A stretch of 64,000 nt of DNA, from positions 40,610,001 to 40,674,000 of the forward strand of contig NC_047023.1 in assembly GCF_902652985.1 (NCBI RefSeq). The letters are read 5' to 3'. The notes beneath the pieces were generated by a model. It saw nothing but the letters and a program-made list of their open reading frames with translations, did not search any database and was not told the origin of the DNA. Made by a program: the position numbers and the translations under genes. Shown piece after piece: positions 1 to 14,700 of the stretch; the stretch's first letter is position 1, and every line of letters starts with the position of its first letter. The stretch is from Pecten maximus (taxonomy: Eukaryota).

Positions 1-2744
1 AAATGTATTAAAAGGTCAGTTAATGTGACCACTTGTAAATTGTGCCTTTGTTATGCAACATGTTCCATTGAAACAGTCTTACATTGTAAGTTATTTATTC
101 GTCCATACATTGTTAATAACTTACATTTAGTAATAGGAATATTTAGAGATATCAGGGACTAAGTTGTATCAAATAATAAAGAAATATTTGAATATAGATC
201 GTGAGTGTATTTATCATATTAATAATAATCATCAAATGCGTGTGGTATTCCCGATTGAACTTTTGATCGTGCAATCAGATTGATTTCGTTTTGAGACTTT
301 GCTTTCCAACGTTAAGAAGCAGTGTTAAGTTGAGCGTTTTCAGAATGTACATGTATAAGTTAATGTCGTGCTGACAAAATATTTGATATGTCACAATTGG
401 CAATGAATCCTTCAATATTTTTATCCGACTTCTACAAATTGTGAAGTGAGGTTTAGGTTAATTCATATTACTTGTTCGTTTTTACTTAATTATTTAGAGA
501 ACTAAATCAATGAGTGCGAGATATGAAAAAGATATTCAAGAAATATTTTCAATAATTGTCGCCCAATGAAAACTGCACAAGTTACTCTTTAAACTCGTGA
601 ATATCATGTGATTTACACTTGTTTTTCGCTTTAAAACTGAATGAAAGTTGGCTGAAAAAAAAATTAAAAATATCCAAGCAAAGGCAAATTGTATTATGTC
701 TGTATGCATTTATTATTTTTTGTACATTTTAAATGAGTGTAATAACAGGATACAAAAGATATTATGAACACATGTTCGTCATGAATGAAGTTATAATGGA
801 TAACAAGGGAAGATAATCAGTAAGTCAATACTATACAAGTTCTCTTAATAATCGACATGTCTGGTTAACTTACCACTAATTTTCGACACTGTTTAACATA
901 AATATGTATGTCTTTATTTCGCCTAAGAAAACTGTATCAGTTTTTTAATCACTCGAGAAAAGGTAATTTAGAATCAAAATGAATATCAGCATTGAAGTAT
1001 TTTGCATATTAATGCATCACAATGTTGCGCATGTGGTAGTGATTGGACGTTCTGCTGCAAAGGCTGGACAGCATCTTGACCCCTCCATGTCGATAAGAGA
1101 ATAGGTTCTGTGACTGGGATGGTGCATCTGTGAAGTGAGTACGAGCAAGATGGTGTTCAGACACCTGAAAGAAGCAAACAGGGACAACATAAGTACACAC
1201 CACAAGCTCGGGACACATTTTTTGTTATAAAATGTAATTGGTTAATATTTTTTTTTCTGAAAAATCTTTCGTCGCTCTTTTGATTTCAAGGTAACTTTAA
1301 GGGTCTTTCCTGCATATAAACATGATCTTTTGCATAGCTATTATCATTTTGTATTCAGTCAAAATCCTAATTTTAAAATACATTATGCCATTAATATGTT
1401 AAAATTTTTACAATGCCTTTGAAAATACTGCACTTCAATATTTTGTTAACACAATGAATAAAGTTTTTATATCAGGAAATATGGAAAGTGATATTTTCTG
1501 TTGCTGCTTATAAAATGCCGTTATTCTAAATCGATAAGAAATAACAAGTTAAGCCATTGGAAGCTCTGTTAAACCATTTAACCATACTCCATTTGTTAAA
1601 CATCAAAAATCATTCTGTGGATAGTGTGGCATCCATCATAGTTAACACCAAAATTAATTACCAGTAATAGAATTGTCTTTTAAGGAATGAATCACGCCAC
1701 AGATATGTAAAGAATTTTCGTAGGCGGATGGGTCGGTCTCCCTTAGTTTGTCGTAATAGTGTATGGTAATTTTGATAAGCACTTTCAAACCAATAATGTA
1801 TTTATTCAATTAACAAACCCGATTGTAAACTACCAATCAAAAATAATTTAGACTTTACAATAATTTTAAGTAGGAAAGTCTGGCCTAAGGTGTTAGATTG
1901 AGATGGAGAAGGGGTGATGATGACATCATTGAAAAGTGTGAGGAAGTGCATGTACTTGTTGTGATAACAGAGGTAATACACACAGAGAGACAAAAGTTGC
2001 CAAAGACCACACGTACAGCTGAAATAAGGAATGGTTGATTTCGACATTCTGAACATTTGATGTAACATACTAATATTGAAATGTTGTTAAATTCACGAAT
2101 TCACATTACCGTAAAAATCGCCAAGCTAACAACAATGAAAAACTCTTGTATGCTCTAACTATTTTAACAGAAGTATGCGTACACTACAACCGAATGTGGC
2201 GTTTATTTCAGATTGGTACAGAAATTCACTTGTAAGATATTTTGTAGTCAGAATGAGACTAAAGTCGTTTGCTCCTGTATAAAGATTAATATAGATATTT
2301 GTATAAGATCTTTGATAAGATTTAACCTTCATGAAACCTATTACATGGCTTGATTATATATGGAGGTATTGTTTCCAGAAACAAATATTGAAGCATAATG
2401 GCTTTCACCTATATCATATTAATATTGTTGAACGTAGTTCTAAAGTACATAATATATTTGAGCAGATTGTGTAACTACCGACATAAATGTATGTCTGGTT
2501 TCATATTTGTGTCCCGACAAATTGCTTTTTTGAAATTAAGAAAATGTATTGACCACCATTAAGTTATCACTACCAAGCTTATAGGTTTATATATAATTTC
2601 AGTTTTAAAACTGAGGTTTTTACCGCTATTTCCCCCAATATATCCATGATAATTGTCATTATAGTTTATGCACCACATAGAGAAGACATTATTGATGTGA
2701 TTACGCGTATGGAAAACAAAAAAGAATTCTTGGATGGGCTAACA

Positions 2745-5700
2745 TCAATCACTGTCGTAAAAATATTGATCATAATACTTGCTTCGTTTTAGATTCTGAC
2801 AAGGATATATTCCCCATTTTGAGTAATGTTCGTCTCCTTCAACGTATTGTCTTTTCATAATTTCACACCTCATACATTTACAACTATCTCTCCATTTTTT
2901 TCGTGTACTCCTTCGCCCTATCTGATCCTTTTCTAACTTCTGTCTTGTCCTTGCACTGTTTATTACATTTTCACGCGATAAATGTTTGTCATCTGCCCCT
3001 TTATTGAAATGAGGTGTTCCCTCCTCTTCTTCCTGTAAATTACTAAGGTTAAACTGATATATACCCGACTGTACAAGATGTTGACCGTCCTCCTCTTTCT
3101 CCTTTTCGTCATTCCGTCGACTCAATTTTTTCGTGTGGGCAAATTTTTCGAATCTGTGTTTAGTTGCCGCCGCGACACCGGCCTTCGTATCCTGTTGTAC
3201 GGACGTGGCAATGTTTGGTAAAGATTTAGATAAGGCGGCGTTTAGCTGCGATTCCCGATCCCGCTTTTCGGAGTCCTGCAAATTTAACAAAGGTATATGG
3301 TGTTATGTCCAAAAGTCTACTACGCTTAAATTTTTATTAAACATTGCTAACGATATTTTGCCTAACTAATACGTATTTTTTAACACATGCTATCTATTCC
3401 TGAGCAATGATACAATAAAATGTATCAGTTGTTATAAGTATTGAAACTGTGGTTCTTTACTGCATACTTATATGTATTACCAAACACGCGCCTTAAACAG
3501 CTGAATACTTTGAGTTATGCCCCTTTCAATATAATATTACTGTACTATTTAATTCCTATCGGTAGGTGTCGTTTACTTGTTTTGTACAATCCGTGTTATC
3601 TGGTAAATACGATTAGCCTTAATGTAAACAATATATGCATGAAAAATTATATTCCGTCACTGTATGTATAAGATCGCCAATACCAATAACTTACATTATA
3701 TCAAGTTTGACATTGTCTGAGACCTATGTCAAGAGATTAATTCATGTTAGCGATGAAATGAAAAGATATGGAAAGTTGATGCTTATAAGTTTATCCAAGG
3801 CTTTCTCAGTGATTTGTTAAGCATAACTTAAAAAATAACCACTGGTCTAGCCATATATATGCATCCATTTAGAATTTGACACTCAATGATTATAAATCAA
3901 ATTATACGTAATTCTTTTAATTAATTACTACCTAACACAGTGGAAATCAGTCATATGAAATACAATAAAAAATAATATTTTATTCGATATTTCTAGTATT
4001 TAAAAGATAACGAATGTTAAATAGAGGAAATATATCAAATGAGGCATGCATATGTTGCTAATATTACGATGAAACCACAGATGATGAAACTGTATCATAG
4101 ACATCGAAATGATAGCAAGCAAGGAAATTGAAATTAGCACTACTATCTACAACATGTTCACCATGCATATGCAGCTTTAAGGAAATGGTCGTGGTTGAAA
4201 GGTTTCTGCTTTAACAGAGCAATCAAATTATCAAGAAAGCAATACCTGTACAATGTTTCTAAAGGGTACTTATATAGAAAATATAAATTGCTGCATTCTC
4301 AATATGGTATTTTATAATAACCCTCGGAAGAAAAGAAAACAGCGTGCTGGCATGCGGGATTTAGGAATTATATCTTGGAGTGTATAATTTATCCTAAACA
4401 TATTTTATTATTTAGAACAAGCGTAAATACACTGTACTATAACCTGGGGTTGATTTACCTTGTCCTTCATGCATTAATTGATCCACTGTTAATTTATCGA
4501 GAAAATTAGTTGATATAGTGTTATCAGCTAGTAAAGCTAGCAAATCTACTACTACACGTGCTATACCACCTACATATTAAAACTACCACAAAATTAAAAA
4601 AAAATAAACCACTACCAGCTAGTATATATAAAATGTCATTTGTACCAATTGACCGCACCGCCATCTGGAAAAGTGTATCAGCACCTACATCAAAAACATC
4701 AAAATTTATATGTGTGCTGTATATGGGGGAAATCAATTGAATAAGTTAACGTAAGATATAAGGACACACGATAAATGCTTAAGTTTGCACAAAACATATC
4801 CTATAAGATTGTTTACTGTGAAAAAACATTTTTTAAACAGTGGTAATGCTCACACATTCGTTTTGTTTAATACTTGTACTAAAAATGTCACCATCTTACT
4901 TGTATGTTAGCTTTCTTTGGGCCACTTCCGGTAGTTTTGATGCTAGCGCCTCCTGTCGTCCCATTGGTTGCCGTGGTGATGACACTAGACGTTGATATTG
5001 ACGGCAGTTTCATACTTTCCATAGTCAGCGACCGTGCAATACCTACAACCGCCGTCTTCTGCGGCCTCTGCAGACAAAATAAGAACGGAATATGTTCATG
5101 AGTTACCTACTCCCCGTTTTGTTAAAACCACAGTTAAACTATTTTAATTTCAAATTTGTTTATCGTTCAAAATTTTAGATAACACCAGTGAAAAGCACCT
5201 TCTGATATTTCACTGATAAAAACATAATTAAACATATCAAAGCCGGGAACCAAGAATGTGGAAATCCAGTAAGGAAGTGAAGACCTACATGTAAGCAAGT
5301 GTTAAAGTTAAGAAAGGGAGGTGGGGGGGGGGGGGGGGGGGTACATGCACTCTATAATCAAATCAATTTCCAATTTTTGGATGGTAGATCTTTTTTTATT
5401 TTTTTTATTTTTCTTTATTTTTTTTTTTTTTTTTATTTTAGAAGAGAGTAACCAATGGTTCATCAGGAAACTTACACTGCATTATAAAATATATTTTTCA
5501 TAGTAATGAAGATCTTTTTAGAAGGCGACGAATGCCGGGAATGGGATAGCAGCTATATTTCTTGAGAGTGTTTAGCGAATATCCTAAAAGCGCTTATTTC
5601 CATCCTCTCAATGTCTGAATAAAGATAAGTATTGTTTCTTGGGTATAATTATTTAACATCCCGAACGGACGGGTTGTTTTTCCCTCAATGTCTTGGTAAA

Positions 5701-8700
5701 CATAATCCCCATGTTTCTGTGGGTTCGGTTAGTGAGACTAATTTATATTTTCACAATGTCATGGTAACCTGTTAATCCTTTGGTGGAGACAAGGACTGAC
5801 TTCTATTCCCTCAATGTCTCGTTTTACTTTTTGATCACTTGTTTCTAGAGTATGGTTATTGAACATCGTGTAAGGACTGATTTATAATCCTCCAATGCCT
5901 TGGTAACCTGTTAATCCCTTGTTTCTAGGGTTTCTTAAGTTACCATCCTGAAAGGTCTGATTTCTGCCCTTCAATGTCTTGGTAACCTGTTCATCACTTG
6001 TTTCTGAGATATGGCTAGGCAACATGGAGATGATGATAGTTAACGATTTTGTTTGGAAAAAATGATGAAACAAAATTTCCTAAACTAAAACCTATTGTGT
6101 TTTCGGGACAACCAGGACATTCATATATTCCCACTAAACCTAGTTACGGTATACAGAGCACCCTGTGATACCAGACGTGGGAACATGTAAGCCGTTAAGC
6201 CCGGGCAGATAATATAATATTTGCGTAACCCCTAACAGACTGTACAACGTATTCAAGTATTTTAAGTGATTTAAGGGGAATCCGAATTGATTTGGATATG
6301 TGTGTTTTTCCGTTCATATCTAACCCGAGCTAATATCAGACGGAAGATATGTACAGCTCTGTGGGACATTACACAGGCACTCATTTAGGCATGAAAGTTG
6401 ACGCCAGATCGTGCGACGCTTCAAAGTTAAATAAGATCAACACTTTACCTGTACATGTATTGGTTTAAAGGAATTTTAATTTGATCGATTTTCACCCTTT
6501 ATATGTATGTTATTAATAAATTCTTTTCTTGTAAGAACTCTTTGGTGAAAGGAAAGATAATATGATAATGAAAAGAGGTCACAATATTCTGAAAAAGGTT
6601 GTGAAGTTGCTCATTGTTGTTTGTATTCTGTCTTAAGAAACGATATGGTCCGATTCCAAATAGGAGATACACTGCTGTTAACAAATTATCTACCTGGTCT
6701 AAAATGTGTAGTATTTGTTGTGTTTTCACCATTTGGGCGATCATCTTTTATTATGGCCACTAAACATTGTGTATACTACTGCGCCAATATGGGTGTAGAA
6801 ATATGTGATGTTCTGTTGGCTTACAGGGTAACACTAATAGAAACGAGGGAAACTTTTTTTTTTTGGGGGGGGGGGGGGGATTTATTTGATTCAACACATG
6901 TTAAATCATAAGAAACGGTATTCAATTAATGTTATGCATGAATTCCAACCAGAGTTATACTTGAAACCAGTGTTTGCTCTTTTCATAAGCCACTGTTACA
7001 TAATGTTACATATTGCCAATCAAAATAGACGTTATGTTTGTTTGTAATGGGGTGATATAAAGCCAGTATATTTCTTTCCAACAGGAGTAAATCATTTCAC
7101 ATGGATATACAATGTACATGACAAAATTGCTCAATTTCAACTTGCTCATTAACATAATGATACCATGTAAGGCCTCATGGTATACTCATTGGGTCATTAA
7201 CATCATAACGTCATACATGTATATGGTACCATGTTAACGACTCATCAACTCTAAATCATCTTAGTAGCCACAGTAGTCTTCACGACACGTCATCACAATA
7301 AGGTTATATACAGTCAAAGAGACTCTAAAATTATTTTATTATTATTTTTTTTTTACATGAAATTCACATATACTTTGAACTATTTATTCTTCAGTATGAA
7401 ATAATATCTTAACCCTAAGATGACCACCATGATACAGCAGGCTATGGGCAGCCGTACTAAATCTTAATTACATCAATTCACTTACAATTATGTTATGTAT
7501 GTATTATTATATTTATATATCAGATAGAGGAAACTCCTATTAGTAAAGTTCTCATAAATATTAATCTATCAGATTAAGTTGGTGTAACCCACCCTAAAAA
7601 TATGTATCTATTTGGTGAATTTGGGTTTTGATCCCTAACAGTGGATGGCTATTGTGTTACACAAATGGACTTTAAGGCCTGTATCTGTTGGGGAATAAAT
7701 TCAATTTGACCAAATAGATGCACTCAGCAATCAAAAAATAACATCCAAAATCATTTTAGAGTTTCACCTCATTTTTGTATAATAAACCTTTGTCTTCACA
7801 TTGAGGAGTTGCCTCCCCTTTTGTTGCACCATTGTTAATATTAATTCATGTGTGTATATATGTTTATGTTTGTTTGCCAGTTATTATATAAGTAGAGGAC
7901 TAATATAGGCAATGCCTGATGTCTAATCCTATTGACAAAATTACATCTTATGTCAATAAAATATGTTGAAATTGAAATTGAAGAGGCGTCTCTATCTGGT
8001 TAGTACATGTATTTAAAGAAAAAAAATAGTATCCCCTACTCCTACTTTATCAACAAGGTGTAACAGCTGAAAAGTCAGGAATGGAGGTGAGCTTCGATTT
8101 ACTTTTGATTTAAGTTCAATCCGACTTAAATATCGAATGCACGCAAACTTCAGTAACGTACCTTGGTTTAGAACCCTTAAACATTAACGCATATCATTAT
8201 TTTGTCGTGTGACAATGCTTTGAAAATGAGAAAAATCGCTGTGGAACGGAAATAGGTTATACAATTAAGAGCGGTCTTGCCAATTTGATTAGATAACAGC
8301 TCTGTAAACATTTAACTATAATTGTCGACCAATCAAACTATTTGTTTCAAAACAGCTCTAAGCCAGAAAGCGGATTTCCGTTTCACAGTCGATGCATCGT
8401 CCGATCTACAAATGTTACACCTTGTTGATATAGGAAGATTGGGTACCTGTATCATCTCTGAAACTGTAAAAGTTTGTAAATGTGGTATAAAGTAACTATA
8501 TAAGTTATTTTTGAGACAGAAATAAACTAAAATATCGTACCATATGTGGTAACTCTAGGTCAAATATAGTGACCTATGTCGGCAATACCCTTTGGACGAT
8601 GAAGGTATATATAGCATCACATGTGATAATCCCATATTTTGGTAACTATGTCCGTTATTACTGTTATAACATTAATATAGCACCACACGTGGTAACTAAA

Positions 8701-11700
8701 GGTCAAATATACGTCACAATGTCGACTACCTTGAGAACCGAGAAGGTCTAAATAGCATCACTACACAGTATGTCGGTTATATCCGTGTTACGTTAAAGGA
8801 TGTTACAGGTAACTCTGCGCCAGTTAGGTTTTATCCGCGATAGCGTAAATGTGTATAAAGAACGATATGTTGTTACTGAAGGTAAATATAACTATTTCGG
8901 TTACATTATTGTATATCCTTGTCAGAAATAGTTATGAACAGCACCACATGTGGCAATTCCGGGTCAAATAAATACAACAATGTTGGTGTGAATTTAATTC
9001 GTATACGGCCCCACAAAAACCATGATAGATTCCTAAAGTACACAAAAGACTGACCTAGATAGACACAAACGTACTCAAGGTAGAATATAAACGAATCTCT
9101 TTGTGCTTACACGTTAAGGATTATTCCTAGCACTCCCCTTTTGTTTGGAGCTTTTTACATCGAAAATAAGATTATACTATGATAGCAGGTAACATAAAAA
9201 CTCTGCTGACCTAATCCGATTCTATACTCCATAGGCTATTAATAATATTTGGAACCTAACCCGAACACTTATTGGTACCGTTTAGTCTTTAAAAGGTTTT
9301 GACAATATTGGGTGCTACTTTAAGTCTATCACTAGATAAATATCACGTCTTGTAAGTATAATTTATTGTGAAATCACAGCCGCCTTAGTCTTGTTTTTTT
9401 AATATTAAAGCTGTCCGCTTAACAAATCAATATCTCCTGGTAAAACTCGGGCGAGGTCTTTTAACAGGTGAATTTCTAAAGAAAATATTATCATTCTCCG
9501 TATCATTGGCTCGTATAAAATAGATTTATCTTGGTTATATGTCTAACTTAAGGACATCACTGAAACATTATATACTATTCTGATATAACTGCATTTTAAC
9601 TCATATTACAGTTTCTCTGCATCATTAGTATACTTGAAAACATAATGTCACATTTGTCCCAGGTTTGGTAAACAAATATTTTAATTTAAACTTGATGTTG
9701 ACTGGGATATTGATGTGACTTTTTCCTTCACGTTGCTTCTGTTTAAATTGACTGATATTCCTTAATGTAAACTTATGTTATTTTATTGCAAGCCATACAT
9801 TGTAAGTACTAGATATAGCTTTTATTGTTGTTATCTGATCGCAGATTTAATGCAAACCACACATTTTTATCGTAAGATAGTTTTGTGTAATTTATCTAAA
9901 TCACACCAGGACACAGTAAAATATCGAATCAATATAAACCACACGTCAACACATTCTGTCAAAGTGAAAGTTAAATCTCGACGTGGATATAAACCACACA
10001 ACGTTAACATATACTGTCAAAGTTCAATCTCGACTTCGATATAAACCACACAGCTTCAAAAACGTGGACACAGTCGAATCTCATTATCGATATAGACCAA
10101 ACAACATCCGCACATGCAGACAAATTTAAATCTCGACGTCGATATAAATCACACAGCGTCACAATCGAATATAGATATTAACCAGACAACATCAACAAAC
10201 CATTACAGTCAAATCTCGATATACTTTAGTAAACCACACAACGTCAACATATGCGGTAAAAGTCGTGAGTAAGATTAGTTCCTTAGCGATACATGGGACG
10301 GGTTACCCTTCTTTGTATTTCACCGAACAAATCAAAAGCTTAAAAAGGCGTCCTCGCCAAATAAATCAGACTTTAGAAAGTCACCATCTCCAAGCAAACC
10401 AGACTCTTTGGGAAGGCGTCTCCATCAAAAGAACCCAGACATTTTGCGAAGGCTTCTTCACCAAACAAACCGGACTCTTTAGAAATTCGTCCTTGACAAA
10501 CAAACTAGAATTTTTAGAAAATTGTCTTCACAAAACAAGCAACTCATTAGAAATGTGTCCTCATCAAACAGTCAGACTCTTTAGAAAGGCGTCCTTAGCA
10601 AATAAACTAGATTCGTGTGAAAAGTCTGCTCACCATATAAAAGATTCTTTAGAAAGGTACCCTCACCACAAACAACTCATTCTTCCTGGCGCCACAAGGA
10701 ATGTTTCCTATACGACTGTAGAATAATTGTTTCTTTGTGATAATCATGGTGCTATCAAAACGATACTTCTAGAAATACATCTACAATAGCATCCTGTCCA
10801 TAGGATCCGCTGCTTTGGTAACGTAAGTGCCACCGGAAAAGTAACTTCCGCCAGAGATCATATCAAAATTTAAGATTAAGCGTTAGTTTAGTATAATTGT
10901 AAAATTTCAGCCAAATCCAGGAAATGCAGTATTGCCTACGAAACCCGAAGGACTTTTCGTTTCTAAGTCAATTTTCAGTCAAACATCACAATTATCATTT
11001 TCTGTTTCCAATTGATGTTTCAGGCTGTATGACCACCCATCAGACGACGGTTTTGCCACATTTTGGCTAACAAAACCGTGATTCTAACTCCTGATTCCAA
11101 AGGAATGGTAAAGTTGTTTCGGAAGGGTATCCGTCTTCTGCTTCATTGGCGACATCAGCCATGTAAATCTAAGTGAAATTCTGGTTACGTCACATCCTCA
11201 AACTGACAACAAGGTGATGACAAGGGAACTACCATGCATATCAATGAGAAGCAATCGATTTTTGACTTCATATCAAGGTAATAGAATACTTCCAAGTGAA
11301 TTCAGTATGTTGACCATTCAATTTTAATCTGTGTTGTTGGTTTTTTCCAACAGGTGAACTCCCGCTGTGATTTTGTTTCTACGTGGTTTTCACTGTCAGT
11401 CTAAGTGGAATCATATTTCTCATCTTTTGTAATGCTTTATTGTTGTTAGATATGTACATGTACTGCTTTTAAAGACAACTAAATGAATTATTTTGTATGA
11501 AATATTTCGTGACAAATGTAAATATAAATTATGATTTTATACGAAGATATTTATTTATCAGGCATCACAGATTTTATACATTCTGTAAGTTATCTTATGT
11601 TATAAATGATCCATATTCCTTAAAGAAAGATATCAGTTATCTTCCATATATATATTAGTGATTATATAAGATACGTCATATATATTTTGTCATATATATA

Positions 11701-14700
11701 TATAATATCAATACGTCATATATATTTTGTCATATATATATATAATATCAAACAGAATAAGTACTAATACAATAGGTTTGACAATCACATACCTTTGTAG
11801 CAGATTTATTGACATTGAAGTCAAGTTTAGGTAAGTTTCGATTCCGTTCACGTAACACCTTCCATCTTTGTACATACGACCCTTTATCCTTATGTCGCGG
11901 CTGTACGAAGGCAACTGGTGACGTCATATAGGGAGAATCGGGTGAGGGAACTGTCTGATGCGTTGTCATGGTGAAAATATGTACAAAACGTCCTCATATT
12001 ACACTTCCTTATCCATATGGATTTACAAATCACTCGTCATCAAATGGTCACAGATATATTGGAATCACAATAATGCAGATGCATATTTAGATTAAAGCAC
12101 GTGATATGCAGCGTATAATTGTCAAAAGTCTAAATACCTATGAACTGTCCAGATGATAGTGCTATCCTAGGTTTCGTCCCCAGGCCGGTTTAAAATCGTC
12201 TCTAGTCATAATCTACACTGCTTCTACATAACACTGTAATGCCGATCATTTCCTCTGGGTATTTAAACTATATATATCCTCTCGTTTAGTATTAGCGCTA
12301 CTGTCACAACTGTACTGTCTGTCAAAGCGGACTGTACACTAACAAAGAATGTTCGGTAACGCTAAACCTCTATATAATGTATGATACTTCATACGTCGCT
12401 TCTGTTTGCCGAGTAGACCGGGTTTCGTACCTGTAATCTACAGACAATAGCAGAGCTAGCACGATCAATTTACTAAAACACTAAGCTATTTTGAAAGTTA
12501 CTAAGAGCGTAATGAAAATGATTACAGGTAATAACGGACTATAGATTTAACATAATCTGTTTTAGTCATAAGCTCGCAACCTCGTGATCATTGAATAGTT
12601 CTCTCACACTAACAGTGATCGATCTGTGTATGTGTATTAGATTTTTATCTGACTTATTCAAAGTAAAACAGTATAAAATTTAAACACAAAGAAATATCCA
12701 CGAGCAACCTGGCACGTCACATTGGTGTATATGGCTGACATATGGGTAATTCTATATAGGTGTATTTGACGTGTAGCGCGCGGTTGTACGGAAACAGATA
12801 ATAGTATCACGTGATCTTTCACCTAATCTTACCTGCCGCTAATAACATGCTGGTTATCACATCGAAAATCGAAAGAGAATGTCTGATAAACAGAAAGTTA
12901 TTGAATAAAAAAAACCTTGTCTGATTATATGTCAATATTCAGTACGCACCATTGACGCTTACAGGCTTATCACCCTGAAAATCGAAGGAGAAAAATTCGA
13001 CACCAAAAAAGTAAAGAAAAGTATTTTGTTAGTGAAATATGCCTATATTCAATAAATGTCATACACAATAACTCTATGATGGAATTAAAAGTCAATCATT
13101 AAGGTAAATGAAGTGTTCTGTCAGATACAAAATTAACATGAAATTATCATTGACTTAATATGACGGATTCTTCAGTGTCGGAATAATCATCAGTATATAA
13201 CGGTAACTAGTTTTGTTAAAATAAAGGTTCTTGTGTGGTAGTACAAAGAATTTTCAAACCGTCCACCGTTAAATTATAATAAGATAAATCTGTATTATGT
13301 TAATATGGATCTTTCAACAAACTCTGTGAACTCATAAAGGATGATGTTGACAAATATCCAGATGTTTACCAAACACATACCTAAACAAATATTCTTTTTT
13401 TCAGTAATCCAATTTCAATGTTATCAAACAATTAGCGTTTTTAGATAATGACAATAGAAATAATATAGACAACGCCTCCAGTATTTGTACTTCCATTGTT
13501 TTATTTAGAACGTTAGTACGAGTACTCAGCACTGCCAGAGGACGGTCTTTGCAGTGTGATTTGTACATAAACATATCCAGTATAAAAGATGGTAATTGAT
13601 TCTTTTGGCTTTTCTTCAAAAAACAACGACTGTATAAAACAATGTAGAATTCTATTGTAATATTCCATACACTATTATCTATCAAACATAAAGAAAAAAT
13701 ACTTATCTTAGGGTAAACACATCAACGGGAGATGAAATCTCAAAAGTCTTCACCAGAGGACAACAATATTAGCAAACGATTAGCAAACGAGATACGAAAC
13801 ACACAAAAATGGTACGATCGATAATGATCGATACTATGGTACAGACGAATCGTTTGGGACCACCTGTTTTAAATTGTTTTAAACAGTTATCTTCGTAATT
13901 GATACCCAGCTGTTCCCCAAGCCTTAAACAAACGGTAAAACAGACGGACAGAATTGTTTATTATGGACTAAGTACTGCTGTTACTACATGTATCGACTAT
14001 AACTCTTAATGACCAAAATAAAGTAAATATGATTTAGATATAGATATTCATGTTCTTAGCGTTCTTTTGGAATACAATATTTAAAATCATGAAATAATGA
14101 ACATTATAAAACGTATTAAATTATGTATTTTTTATACCTCTACATCAAGATTTTGGCATTTCTTTTGATCTATTTCGAGTTTTGATTTTGGTCGAATTCT
14201 GTCATCAATACTTCAGGCCCTTAGCATCACTGATTAGTTCTAGAAGGAAAATATTCAATGTTCAATGTTTATTCACTTTAAGTCTTACGGCTCATAAGCA
14301 TACTAAAATATTACATCATATAATTTACAATCCTTCATATATAATACAAATTAACGAAAGATGGACAGCTTTAATATAATTACTTTACATATACAGTAGA
14401 CATATAAAAGTATATCATATTGAAAAGTGAGTGGAGTATACAATATTGTAGTCAGGGGATAGACTGATAGACGGCTATAATATCGTTAAACCTAGAAACT
14501 GATATGAGTGAAAACAAAATAAGCTAAAGCCGAGATCTAGAACGTGCTGTAAAACACAATTCCAAAGACAAGCAGCTGTATGGTACAGTATAATTCATTT
14601 GGCTCTACCGTATCTATTTCTCAATATATTAGTTTTGAAAGGTAATAATATCTTGTGTATCTTCTGAACTTGTCAGTAATGCTAGGGACACTAGTAAACG

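Noticed and set aside
5323-5341. Poly-G tract (also ~6865 and ~20217-20248), potential G-quadruplex
   Set aside because: Simple homopolymers with no further supporting context.
11005-11050. CTGATGG...GAAAC hammerhead-like string (minus strand) beside a Penelope-like repeat fragment
   Set aside because: The core is mismatched and stems I and III are not convincing.
12833-12882. 50-nt exon-like segment (tttatcag...GCAG|gtaag, minus strand) in the orphan gene intron
   Set aside because: It would break the phase-0 frame between exons 1 and 2 and has no other support.
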